Assembly: GCA_965222605.1 (NCBI GenBank) | Contig: OZ244960.1 | Span: forward strand, 4,576,001 to 4,640,000 | Direction of reading: 5' to 3' | DNA: 64,000 nucleotides | Source of the DNA: Candidatus Latescibacterota bacterium | Lineage (GTDB): Bacteria > Latescibacterota > UBA2968 | In this document: piece after piece, positions 18,068-26,972 of the stretch | Layout: the number at the start of each line of letters is the position of its first letter | How positions within the stretch are numbered: the first letter of the stretch is position 1 | Position numbers and translations under genes: made by a program | Notes under the pieces: model-generated | Told to the model about the DNA's origin: nothing | Seen by the model: only the letters and a program-made list of their open reading frames with translations | Databases searched by the model: none

Positions 18068-21000
18068 ATGAAGATATTTTGCATAATGCTCAGGATGAGC
18101 GTGTACTTGTTTGCATTGCTCTGTTTTGTATCTGTTGGATATACTGATCAGCCATCCGCAAACCGTATCGCTTCCTTTGAAGGGCATACGGATAAGGTCT
18201 ATTCTGTGTCGTTTTCGCCCGATGGAAAAATGCTCGCTTCCGGGTCAAGAGATAACACCATTAGATTATGGGATATTGCGATGAAGACAAATATCGCCAT
18301 CCTTGAAGGGCACACGAGCTATGTTTATTCTGTATCGTTTTCGCCCGATGGAAAAATGCTCGCTTCCGGGTCACGATCAAGGAATAATTCGATCAAACTA
18401 TGGGATGTTGAGACAAGGCAACATATCGCTGACCTTGATGGACATGATTGGGGGGTCCGTTCAGTATCGTTTTCGCCCGATGGGACGATGCTTGCTTCCG
18501 GGTCAGGGGATAACACGGTTAAGCTGTGGGATGTTGTGTCAAGAGAAAATAACGCTACCTTTGAGGGACATACACATAATGTAAATTCTGTGTCGTTTTC
18601 ACCTGACGGCACAACGCTCGCTTCGGGGTCTTCTGATAATACGGTCAAGCTATGGGATGTTGCGACGAAGACGAATATCACGACTCTTGAAGGACATACA
18701 TATACTGTAAATTCTGTGTCGTTTTCGCCTGATGGTAAAATGCTTGCTTCCGGGTCAGGAGATGACACACTCAAGCTGTGGGATGTTGCTACTGGACGAC
18801 TTATCGCCACCTTTGAAGGACATATTAGTGATGTTGCTTCTGTGTCATTTTCGCCTGATGGAAAGATTCTCGCCTCGGGAGCAGCGAAGGGCACACTCAA
18901 GCTGTGGGATGTTGCTACTGGACGACATATCGCTGACCTTCCGCGCAGTGGTTGGATTCGTTCAGTATCGTTTTCGCCCGATGGTACGATGCTCGTTTTC
19001 AGTTCAGGGGATGGGGATGGCCTGGTCGAACTGTGGGGTACATCTACATGGGTGCAGCTTGAAACACCTACCATATCAATTACTGACGGTAGTTATCAAA
19101 CGTGGGGTTTGCCCAAAGGGGCTAAAGCGCGTCTGGGTAAAGGCGTAATAACCGGTATGACATATTCACCCGATGGCTCTCAACTCGTAGTGGCGAGTGG
19201 CATGGATATAGGTATTTGGATCTATAATGCCCATACTGGTGCCGAAATTGTCCTGCTCAAGGGGCGTTCGATTAGCCCTTTTTCCACGAGATTTTCTTCT
19301 CCGGTGTTTTCCCCGGATGGTAGCACGCTCGCCAGTGGGGGTTTTAGAGGGATTTGGTTGTGGGATGCTGCCACTGGACAACAGAAAGCAATATTTGAAG
19401 GACATAGGAGTTCTGTAGTTTCCGTGGCGTTTTCCCCGGATTGTGGCACGCTTGCCAGTGGGGGTAATGACAGGACGATTCGGTTGTGGGATGTTGCCAC
19501 TGGAGAACATAAGGCGACGCTTGAAGGACATAGGAGTTCTGTGGCTTCTGTGGCGTTTTCCCCGGATGGCGGTACGCTTGCCAGTGGGAGTAGAGACGGG
19601 ACAGTTCGGTTGTGGGATGCTGCCACCGGAGAACATAAGGCGACGCTTACAGATCATACATCACGGGTTTATGCTATTGCATTTTCCCCGGATGGTGGCA
19701 CGCTTGCCAGTGGGAGTAGAGACGGGACAGTTCGATTGTGGGATGCTGCCACCGGGCAACTCAAGCAGACACTTGAGACGCATGAGATTTATGTCTATTC
19801 CCTGGCGTTTTCCCCGGATGGCGACATATTTGTTTGTGGGACTGAAACCGGAGTTGTCCTATTGTGGGATGCCGTTACCTGGCAACGCGAGAAGCTATTT
19901 GATGAGCGTACAACGAGGTTTAGTTCCGTGGCGTTCATAGCGTTTTCCCCGGATGGTAGCACGCTTGCCAGTGGGAGTGATGACGGAGCTGTTCGGTTTT
20001 GGGATGCTGCCACTGGACAACTCAAGCAGACACTTGAGCATTGGAGTTCTGTCAGATCCGTGGCATTTTCTCCGGATGGAGGCACGCTTGCCAGTGGGGA
20101 TAGGGGCAGTACGATTCGAGTATGGGATATTGTTACCGGTCAACTCATAGAGACACTTGGCGACGTGCCTGTAGGCGGAGATGAGATACCTTTTCGTTCC
20201 GTGGCATTTTCCCCAGATGGTAGCACATTAGCCAGTGGGAGCAATGATGGGACAGTACATTTGTGGGATGCCGTTACGTGGCAAAGCAGGGCGACTCATA
20301 GATGGCCTAGATCGGCGATTAGATCGGTGGCGTTTTCCCCGGATGGTAGCACGCTTGCCAGTGGAAGTGGAAGGGGCGCAATTCGGTTTCTGAATGCTAT
20401 CACTGGCCGCGATACGGCGAACCCTATATGGTTTCCATCAGGGGTTAATTCTGTAGCATTTTCCCCGGACGACAGCACGCTTGCCAGTGGGCATGAAGAC
20501 GGGACAATACAATTGTGGGACGTTGTCACTCGCCGACAAAAAAAGACTCTTACAGGACATGAGGACGATGTCGATTCTGTGGTATTTTCCCTCGATGGTG
20601 GCATGCTTGCCAGTGGTAGTGATGACAGAACGATTCGGTTATGGGATGTTGTTACTGGCCAACTCAAAAGGACTCTTAGACATGGTACTTCTGTTAGTAC
20701 CGTAGCGTTTTCACCGGATGGTAGTACTCTTGCCAGTGGAGGTCCTAATTCAGTGGAGATTCGGTTGTGGGATGTTGTCACTGGTCAACCCATAACAACT
20801 CTTGAGGGACATAGCGGTGTTATCAGTTCTGTGATGTTTTCACCGGATGGTAGCACCCTTGCCAGTGGAAGTTGGGACCACACAGTTCTGCTGTGGGATA
20901 TGTCTCCATACATCAAGCCTCAACCACCTACTCCTGATTTTGATGGCGATGGTGCTGTTGGTTTTGCCGATTTTTTGCTATTTGTGTCACAATTCGGATT

Positions 21001-21118
21001 AAGTCGAGACGACGAGGGTTATGACGTGTGGTTTGATCTGGATGGTGATGGCATGATCGGATTCGGAGATTTTCTGATTTTTGCCAATGCCTTTGGCAAA
21101 TCCGTATCGTCAAATTGA
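18068..21118 (+). CDS. Secreted WD40-repeat protein with a C-terminal dockerin-like module
   Basis: Signal peptide paralogous to 13202; about 21 WD40 repeats; DFDGDGAVGFADF...DLDGDGMIGFGDF. Confidence 0.9.
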   Translation: MKIFCIMLRMSVYLFALLCFVSVGYTDQPSANRIASFEGHTDKVYSVSFSPDGKMLASGSRDNTIRLWDIAMKTNIAILEGHTSYVYSVSFSPDGKMLASGSRSRNNSIKLWDVETRQHIADLDGHDWGVRSVSFSPDGTMLASGSGDNTVKLWDVVSRENNATFEGHTHNVNSVSFSPDGTTLASGSSDNTVKLWDVATKTNITTLEGHTYTVNSVSFSPDGKMLASGSGDDTLKLWDVATGRLIATFEGHISDVASVSFSPDGKILASGAAKGTLKLWDVATGRHIADLPRSGWIRSVSFSPDGTMLVFSSGDGDGLVELWGTSTWVQLETPTISITDGSYQTWGLPKGAKARLGKGVITGMTYSPDGSQLVVASGMDIGIWIYNAHTGAEIVLLKGRSISPFSTRFSSPVFSPDGSTLASGGFRGIWLWDAATGQQKAIFEGHRSSVVSVAFSPDCGTLASGGNDRTIRLWDVATGEHKATLEGHRSSVASVAFSPDGGTLASGSRDGTVRLWDAATGEHKATLTDHTSRVYAIAFSPDGGTLASGSRDGTVRLWDAATGQLKQTLETHEIYVYSLAFSPDGDIFVCGTETGVVLLWDAVTWQREKLFDERTTRFSSVAFIAFSPDGSTLASGSDDGAVRFWDAATGQLKQTLEHWSSVRSVAFSPDGGTLASGDRGSTIRVWDIVTGQLIETLGDVPVGGDEIPFRSVAFSPDGSTLASGSNDGTVHLWDAVTWQSRATHRWPRSAIRSVAFSPDGSTLASGSGRGAIRFLNAITGRDTANPIWFPSGVNSVAFSPDDSTLASGHEDGTIQLWDVVTRRQKKTLTGHEDDVDSVVFSLDGGMLASGSDDRTIRLWDVVTGQLKRTLRHGTSVSTVAFSPDGSTLASGGPNSVEIRLWDVVTGQPITTLEGHSGVISSVMFSPDGSTLASGSWDHTVLLWDMSPYIKPQPPTPDFDGDGAVGFADFLLFVSQFGLSRDDEGYDVWFDLDGDGMIGFGDFLIFANAFGKSVSSN

Positions 21119-21223
21119 TGGTATCTAAAGCATCTGAAAAGATAAAGTGCCAATTGTAAATGGTTTGAAAATGCACTTGTTCATAACTGAGATTACGAAT
21201 AAAGGATTCAGGAGGGTACTTTT

Positions 21224-22087
21224 ATGAGGATAGTGTGCATAACGCTCGGTTTACTCGTTGTGGGTTTTTCAGCCGCCGCAGGTGATGATTTTGTGAATTT
21301 TTCGCCGCGCAATCAGCCGCCGTTCTTTCCGTCTAAGGGGTTGTTGTTGGGGAGCAGTTATGCGAACAGTAATAGGGATGGCAATGCGCTCACGGAGGGC
21401 AATGACGGATATGAGGTGGTTGATTGGTATGTTGGTGAGCGCGCGAGTCAAGTGATCGTCCCTAAAGGTCGCTATGTCGAAGTGACGTATCGCGGAGAGT
21501 ATGGAAAGGCTGAGACGGTGGAGGGATTTGTCCGAGAAATGGATGAAACCGAGTTGACGGTTTATCAGGGCGGCTTGAGAAGGCGAATACCGGTGGATAG
21601 GATTGGTATTTTGATGGTCGGTGATGATGCGAGCCAACTTCAGCAGGCCAGACGCGTTATGGATAGGGAATATGAACTGGATACCAGAGATAGTCGGATT
21701 ATCAAAAAGTTATTTGGCGGTGCGCTTGGGGGCGGCCTTCTCGGATTTCTGGGAGGCTTGGTGGGTAGTAGGATGGGTGAAGGTGGATGGGATACCATTG
21801 GAGCTGTTATTTCTGGGGTGGGAATTGGCTATGTTATCGGGGTACCGACCGGAATGAGTTGGATTGATCCATACGATAGTTTCCTCTATACAATGGCCGG
21901 TAGTCTGATAGGAGGTGGAGTAGGTTATGCATTAGCAGATCCCTTCACCTTTTTTACCGGCTCGTTCATCGGGTCTCTAATTATGTCCGAGCTATTCCGA
22001 TATAAAATTAAAGTCCGCCGTTTCTCGGTCGGTCTCGCACCTGACCGCGATGGAAACCTGTCTGCAATTGCTACGTTGCGGTTTTAA
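21224..22087 (+). CDS. Secreted protein: module C, glycine-zipper-like region, conserved beta-hairpin tail
   Basis: KGRYVEVTY...DETELTVYQGGL; GGALGGGLLGFLGG; ends RRFSVGLAPDRDGNLSAIATLRF. Confidence 0.7.
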   Translation: MRIVCITLGLLVVGFSAAAGDDFVNFSPRNQPPFFPSKGLLLGSSYANSNRDGNALTEGNDGYEVVDWYVGERASQVIVPKGRYVEVTYRGEYGKAETVEGFVREMDETELTVYQGGLRRRIPVDRIGILMVGDDASQLQQARRVMDREYELDTRDSRIIKKLFGGALGGGLLGFLGGLVGSRMGEGGWDTIGAVISGVGIGYVIGVPTGMSWIDPYDSFLYTMAGSLIGGGVGYALADPFTFFTGSFIGSLIMSELFRYKIKVRRFSVGLAPDRDGNLSAIATLRF

Positions 22088-22128
22088 ATGGCTCCCAAAA
22101 CCTGCTCAAACAGATGGGGTGGTTTAAG

Positions 22129-22322
22129 CAATACTTCGGACAGTTTTTAGGTGTAGAGGTTCTTTGAAATCAACAGTTTAGATGAGGCCCCCTGTTTTAT
22201 TTGAAACTTAGACCTGTACCCTAAGTTTGATAAAAAAACAGACAATTCTATAACCCATTGTATTATAGATACTTAGGATTTTTGACTAATTGAGGACCGG
22301 TCAAAAAGTGTCCGAACCATTG
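22129..22322. mobile_element. MITE (194 bp)
   Basis: Imperfect 20-bp TIRs CAATACTTCGGACAGTTTTT / AAAAAGTGTCCGAACCATTG; TTAAG direct repeat on both sides (22124-22128, 22323-22327). Confidence 0.8.
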
Positions 22323-22390
22323 TTAAGAATAAATCCACAAAAAAACGACTCTGAGGATCGCCTAAGAATAATGCCTTCGTATCTCGCACT

Positions 22391-22412
22391 TTACACACGC
22401 TTTTTAGCGGGT
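22391..22412 (-). pseudogene. Second DUF2442 3' remnant
   Basis: Encodes PAKKRV*; the adjacent 22341-22390 resembles 9281-9330. Confidence 0.65.
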
Positions 22413-22474
22413 GGTTATTGACAAAATTAATCAATAAAATTGCTCTTTGGATAAAAGTTGACTATATTTTATTC

Positions 22475-22536
22475 AGCGACCAGAATGGGCCGGTCCATAA
22501 CCGACCCTGGGCTTTACGCCCCTGGCCGCTTTTTTT
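22475..22536 (+). ncRNA. Candidate small structured RNA or branched terminator
   Basis: Closing stem AGCGACCAG/CTGGCCGCT, two internal hairpins, T-tract; TTGCTC-17-TATATT upstream. Confidence 0.4.
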
Positions 22537-22569
22537 ATTTTATCCTGTTTGTTCCGCAAATCCCCCACA

Positions 22570-22613
22570 AAAATTATCACGTAGTGCGATTAGATCAACC
22601 GCCGAATTTCATT
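22570..22613 (-). pseudogene. DUF4160-like remnant with an in-frame stop
   Basis: Near-identical to 33927-33970; CAA changed to TAA. Confidence 0.7.
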
Positions 22614-22646
22614 TGGCTCTTCTCAAGACATAGACATTGCCGATGT

Positions 22647-24098
22647 CTAATCCTCCGGTAGGCTGCTCTGAAAAATCGCCATTTTTCCTTTCGCTGTAAG
22701 GCGGTATTTCTGATTTGGGCTCCTCGGCGATTCGGGCTGTGTCATTTCAACAAGGCCTGTTGTCATAACGGGTTGCATATAGTTGTAAAAAAACGTGGGG
22801 CGATGATGTAATCCAAGGGCTTTCATTGTTTCGCGTGCGCTCAAGGGTTCATTTTTTAAGCAGTTCAGAATGCGTTTTGCTTGTTCGGTTACTTGTTCGG
22901 TAGCTTGTTCGGTTACTTGTTCGGTGGCTTGTTCAGGTTCCTTGTGAACCGCGATGTTCTCAAGTAATGGTACGGTAACACGCATCCGCATACCGATTTC
23001 CTCAATACGCAACTCCGACAGCCCCAGTGCTTCAGCCTCGCGAAAGATGCGGGGAATGCCGCTGCCCCATTGTTCAATCAGATTCAGTTCGCGAAAGATG
23101 CGTGCAATGACATGGTTGCGAATTTTAGAGATACCCTGGCGAATATCGTCAAAGGTCAAACCCGGCAGCAATATGCCGGGATTTTCGACCTCTATTCGGT
23201 CATCAAAAAAAGCGACCCGAATGGGTGTTCCCTTTTGTGAATAGTCAGCGTGAACAAGCGCGTTAATGACCACTTCGCGCAAAATTCCAAGGGGAATATT
23301 CCAGGTGTCTTTGCGCCGGACTTCGGAGAAATCAGCACCGCGCATGGCGTGCTTTTTGAGAAATAACATGATGCTTTCCACGGCCAGGGGCAACGGATCG
23401 TGCAGCTCTATATGATCGAAGATATCCGCTTTGTCCCGACCAATGAAACGTCCGCATTGTACCCAGGCATCGGGGAAATGTCTTTCCCGCTCTTTTCCGA
23501 CGAGCAAAATCGCGCCTTTTGTCGGCACCTGTCGCCCCTGCTCATTCGTCAATAGCCTCAGAGTGTGCAATTCCCGTTCGCCAAGGTCGCGCTGATCCTG
23601 AAATAGATTTTCCAGTACCCTCAAGTCCAAATCATCAACCGATAACTCGGGCATCGGGAGTTCATCAAAAGCAATCCCTTCTACCGAGCGGCCCAACTCG
23701 GCGATCAATTCCCTATCTGCCACACGATTGGTGGAGCCTAAACGGACATAGACACCGCGATCAGGGCCTTCGGCTTCCAAATAGTGTGGACGGACTCCAC
23801 TCAGAAAAACTTCTACTACAAGCAGAGTTTTGCCATCAACTGTCGTCATTTCGACATTGGGAACCAAACGCGGTCTGATCAAGTCGGCGATTAAACTACA
23901 AAGCCGTTCCTCTTCATCAAGCGGATTTTCTACCCCCACTAGCAAACGAGATATATCATCCACACCGATGATTACCCGCCCACCCGCCGTATTCGCAAAT
24001 GCCACCAGAGTTTTCAGCAGATTTTTTGGTGAAGACAAGTCCCGCTTAAATTCCAGCGTCTTACCTTCCCCTTGCTTGATATAATCAGCAACCGTCAT
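22647..24098 (-). CDS. AlbA_2/Schlafen-domain protein with RecG-C-like (HATPase_c_4) and winged-helix domains
   Basis: EGKTLEFK...LVAFANTAGGRVIIGVDD; REVVINALVHADY; IEVENPG; EQWGSGI; SPNQKYRLT. Confidence 0.85.
   Translation of the reverse strand: MTVADYIKQGEGKTLEFKRDLSSPKNLLKTLVAFANTAGGRVIIGVDDISRLLVGVENPLDEEERLCSLIADLIRPRLVPNVEMTTVDGKTLLVVEVFLSGVRPHYLEAEGPDRGVYVRLGSTNRVADRELIAELGRSVEGIAFDELPMPELSVDDLDLRVLENLFQDQRDLGERELHTLRLLTNEQGRQVPTKGAILLVGKERERHFPDAWVQCGRFIGRDKADIFDHIELHDPLPLAVESIMLFLKKHAMRGADFSEVRRKDTWNIPLGILREVVINALVHADYSQKGTPIRVAFFDDRIEVENPGILLPGLTFDDIRQGISKIRNHVIARIFRELNLIEQWGSGIPRIFREAEALGLSELRIEEIGMRMRVTVPLLENIAVHKEPEQATEQVTEQATEQVTEQAKRILNCLKNEPLSARETMKALGLHHRPTFFYNYMQPVMTTGLVEMTQPESPRSPNQKYRLTAKGKMAIFQSSLPED
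22879..22934. repeat. 12-bp tandem repeat (about 4.7 copies) encoding a TEQA/TEQV linker
   Basis: (g/a)CTTGTTCGGT(t/a/g) units. Confidence 0.9.
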
Positions 24099-24415
24099 CG
24101 CTTCAGGGCCTCCCAATAAGTTTACAAATCACATCTATCTGTATAATACCGAAAATAGTAATCACGAGTAAATATATCCAAACCCAGTTGCAAAGTAAAC
24201 AACCCATACTTTTGCCCGGATAATAACATTTGACAATATCTCGCGGCATCCTTGCCGCGATCAAGGTCGGGAAGCGGGGTATGAAGGCGAGTAAATCGAG
24301 CATGACTGCGCCAGCAGTTCAAAGGATTCCCTCCTGCGTGATATTTACAAATTTTCAATCTGTTTAACGAGTCCGGAGATACACATTGTGTCTCCGGATT
24401 TTTTTGTGCCTGCTG

Positions 24416-24453
24416 TGCAATACTCAGTTTGCAGGTGCAATATTTAGTTTGCA
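24416..24453 (+). promoter_or_regulatory. Tandem enhancer (UAS) sites, copy 2
   Basis: TGCAATACTCAGTTTGCA and TGCAATATTTAGTTTGCA, 20 bp period. Confidence 0.75.
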
Positions 24454-24517
24454 CTGATTGGGCGATTTTTGGGGTGGATAACAGGGAAAATGGCCTTTTT
24501 TCAGGGTAAAATGGTTT

Positions 24518-24533
24518 TGGCACGGGATTTGCA
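24518..24533 (+). promoter_or_regulatory. Sigma-54 -24/-12 promoter, copy 2
   Basis: TGGCAC-GGGAT-TTGCA, upstream of an AAGGAGG RBS and ATG 24590. Confidence 0.88.
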
Positions 24534-24589
24534 TATGACGTGTTGTGACCGAGTAGTTTGAGATGTGAACCTTTGTGAAGGAGGCTGAG

Positions 24590-25237
24590 ATGTCAACGCT
24601 TACATCGACGTTTGCAACCGCATTTCCAGGTCAGGTTGCCAATTTGATTACCGCGGGCAGAGTGGTGCTTTTGTTTTTGGCGACGGCTTTTGCGGTGTCT
24701 GGAGATGCGACGCTGGCCTGGGTTGCGGTGCCGCTCGCATTTGTCGCGCTGGTGATGGATTGGCTGGATGGGTATCTCGCGCGGCGGTTGGGTTGCGAGA
24801 GCAAGGTCGGGGGGGTGCTGGATATTGTGGGGGATCGGATTGCGGAGAATGTGTGGTGGGTGGTGTTTGCGTGGTTGCATGTCATTCCGCTGTGGGTGCC
24901 GATTGTGGTGCTTAGCAGGGGGTTTGTGACGGATGCGATTCGCAGTTGTGCCCTGACCAGGGGTTTCACGGCGTTTGGCGAGTCAACGATGATGAAGTCG
25001 CGGATTGGGTTCGCGCTGGTTGCCTCGCGCGTGAGCCGGGCGACGTACGGGACTTCCAAGGTGGTCGCGTTTGTGCTGTTGTTCAGTCTGAATGCGGCGC
25101 AACTGATGCCGGGTTTGACACCTGCATTTTTATCGGGTCTTGAGATGTTTGCTTTGATGGCGACGTACCTGACGGCCGCGCTGTGTGTTATTCGGGCGAT
25201 TCCGGTGATTACGGCTGCGAAACGGGTTGTTGTTTAA
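24590..25237 (+). CDS. CDP-alcohol phosphatidyltransferase family protein
   Basis: DWLDGYLAR......GGVLDIVGD signature; hydrophobic. Confidence 0.92.
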   Translation: MSTLTSTFATAFPGQVANLITAGRVVLLFLATAFAVSGDATLAWVAVPLAFVALVMDWLDGYLARRLGCESKVGGVLDIVGDRIAENVWWVVFAWLHVIPLWVPIVVLSRGFVTDAIRSCALTRGFTAFGESTMMKSRIGFALVASRVSRATYGTSKVVAFVLLFSLNAAQLMPGLTPAFLSGLEMFALMATYLTAALCVIRAIPVITAAKRVVV

Positions 25238-25261
25238 GATAGCATTTTTCAGGAGAATGAC

Positions 25262-26272
25262 ATGAAACGGGAAACGCATATTTTGCTCTGTCTGATAGGG
25301 TTTGCTGGCCTGGGTGTGCTTTTGTACCAGCTCAGTACCCCAGAGGTGTGGCAACATGTTTTGATGATGGGCTGGGGCTATGTGCCAGTGATCGGCCTGT
25401 CGCTGGTGGTAGCTGTTCATCATGCGTGGATATGGCGGGCGTGCTTTGATCGCGGGTCGGAAAGGCCGCGTTTGAGGCAGTTGTTGTGGGTGCAGTTGGC
25501 TGGCGAGGCAGTGGGCAATGTGGCGCCGGCATCGCAGGTTGGCAAGGAGGTCGGCAAGGCGATTGTGCTGAGAGATAAGATGTGCGTTTCCAGCGGGGTG
25601 TCGTCTCTGGTGATCAATAAGACGGGTGAGATGATTGGCGGAGTGATTTTTGTGATAGGTGGCGTTGTGCTGGGTTTGCAGCGGTTTTCGTGGCCAGCTG
25701 AGGTGCGAGGCGCTCTGATCGCTGTTCTGGCGTTGTCTGTGCTGGGGGTTGTTTGGACTGTTTTCAGGCAGCGCCGGAGTCCTTTTGCGCGGTTTTTGAA
25801 TTTGATGCTGTGGTTGCGGCTTACGTTTTTGGAGCGGTTCCGCGACCATGCAGTGGAGATTGATGAGAATTTGGCGCAGTTTTATCGGTTGAATAGGTGG
25901 CGTTTGGCGGGGTTGTTGGGTTTGCATCTGTTGGGCTGGAGCATGGGGACGCTGGAGATTTACGCGATTCTTTACGTGCTGGGTGAACCGATGTCGTTTG
26001 TTTCGGTGTATCTGTTCCACGCGCTGATGATCGTGATTAACGCGGCGTTCTTTTTTGTTCCGCTCGGGATGGGCGTTTTTGAAGGCGGGCATGTGTTTCT
26101 GTTTCATTTGATGGGTTTGGATCCAAAGATGGGTTTGGCTGTAGGCATTGTTCGGCGGATTCGGAGGCTTTTCTGGATGCAGGTGGGACTGGCGCTGTTG
26201 CTGATCGGGCCACGGGTCAAGCGGGCTGATGAGATGCCGGAAAATGATAGTCTTCAGCAGGTGGAGATATAG
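25262..26272 (+). CDS. Lysylphosphatidylglycerol-synthase TM / flippase-like membrane protein
   Basis: Multi-TM; GEAVGNVAPA..G.E..K and FVPLGMGVFEG motifs; RRIRRL near the end. Confidence 0.8.
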   Translation: MKRETHILLCLIGFAGLGVLLYQLSTPEVWQHVLMMGWGYVPVIGLSLVVAVHHAWIWRACFDRGSERPRLRQLLWVQLAGEAVGNVAPASQVGKEVGKAIVLRDKMCVSSGVSSLVINKTGEMIGGVIFVIGGVVLGLQRFSWPAEVRGALIAVLALSVLGVVWTVFRQRRSPFARFLNLMLWLRLTFLERFRDHAVEIDENLAQFYRLNRWRLAGLLGLHLLGWSMGTLEIYAILYVLGEPMSFVSVYLFHALMIVINAAFFFVPLGMGVFEGGHVFLFHLMGLDPKMGLAVGIVRRIRRLFWMQVGLALLLIGPRVKRADEMPENDSLQQVEI

Positions 26273-26325
26273 TGCATCAAGCATGACAGACGTTCGTCAA
26301 CGAATATTCAAAAAAGGAAAAAGTA

Positions 26326-26853
26326 ATGACACGCTCGATTTCTTGCCTGATCTGTCTCTTTTTGATTGTAACCTTCAGTTTCCCGGCAGAGGGAAAAAAA
26401 ACAGATCTCACCAAAAGTTATGGTATTGGACTTCAGGGAGCTACACCCACATTTGGTGGCATTAGTTTTCGCTATAACGGACTGGCACCCGTATATCTTC
26501 AAACCGTTGGGCGTTTTATTATCAATGGTCAGGATAGTGACCATATGTTAGGTGCTGGTGTTTCATATGCCATATTTGAGCATCAAGGCAGGTGGAACAT
26601 AGCCCGACTTTATTTCACTTTAGAAGGCGGCTGGCAATACAAAAAAGAGGAGGATCTCCATCAAGAGATTATTAAAACCACGACGCTGGGAACTGGACTC
26701 GCTTTTGGAGGCGATATTGTGTTTTCACTTGGGGGGATTCCTCTTGGCTTGAACGTGGAAATCGGTCAAGGGTTTGGTAGGAAAAAAACCAGCTCTCAAT
26801 CTAAGGGCCTTGCTGGCGTCTATGTAGGCGGGGGAATACATGCCTATTTTTAG
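26326..26853 (+). CDS. Small outer-membrane beta-barrel-like protein
   Basis: Signal peptide, alternating Gly/aromatic strands, terminal IHAYF. Confidence 0.6.
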   Translation: MTRSISCLICLFLIVTFSFPAEGKKTDLTKSYGIGLQGATPTFGGISFRYNGLAPVYLQTVGRFIINGQDSDHMLGAGVSYAIFEHQGRWNIARLYFTLEGGWQYKKEEDLHQEIIKTTTLGTGLAFGGDIVFSLGGIPLGLNVEIGQGFGRKKTSSQSKGLAGVYVGGGIHAYF

Positions 26854-26972
26854 ATCTCCTTTTTTAGATATAGCAACCATCCACACGAGTGGGTCAGGTG
26901 AGCCAGAGCAGTAGGGACTTCCAAAGAATGTCCGTCTGGGGTACTCTACGTCAAAACATGAAGGAGAGATTT

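Larger units (their letters stand above)
24349..24557 (+). repeat. Diverged copy of 4487-4693 (terminator, UAS pair, sigma-54 promoter)
   Basis: Collinear alignment over about 208 bp. Confidence 0.95.

Noticed and set aside
6800-20900. CRISPR-like periodicity of about 126 bp and many antisense 'PSGENATE' ORFs
   Set aside because: The periodicity is in-frame WD40 coding repeats; the antisense ORFs are shadows of them
6411-21118. Diversity-generating retroelement acting on the WD40 genes
   Set aside because: No reverse transcriptase in the window, and no template/variable pair with adenine-specific mismatches was seen
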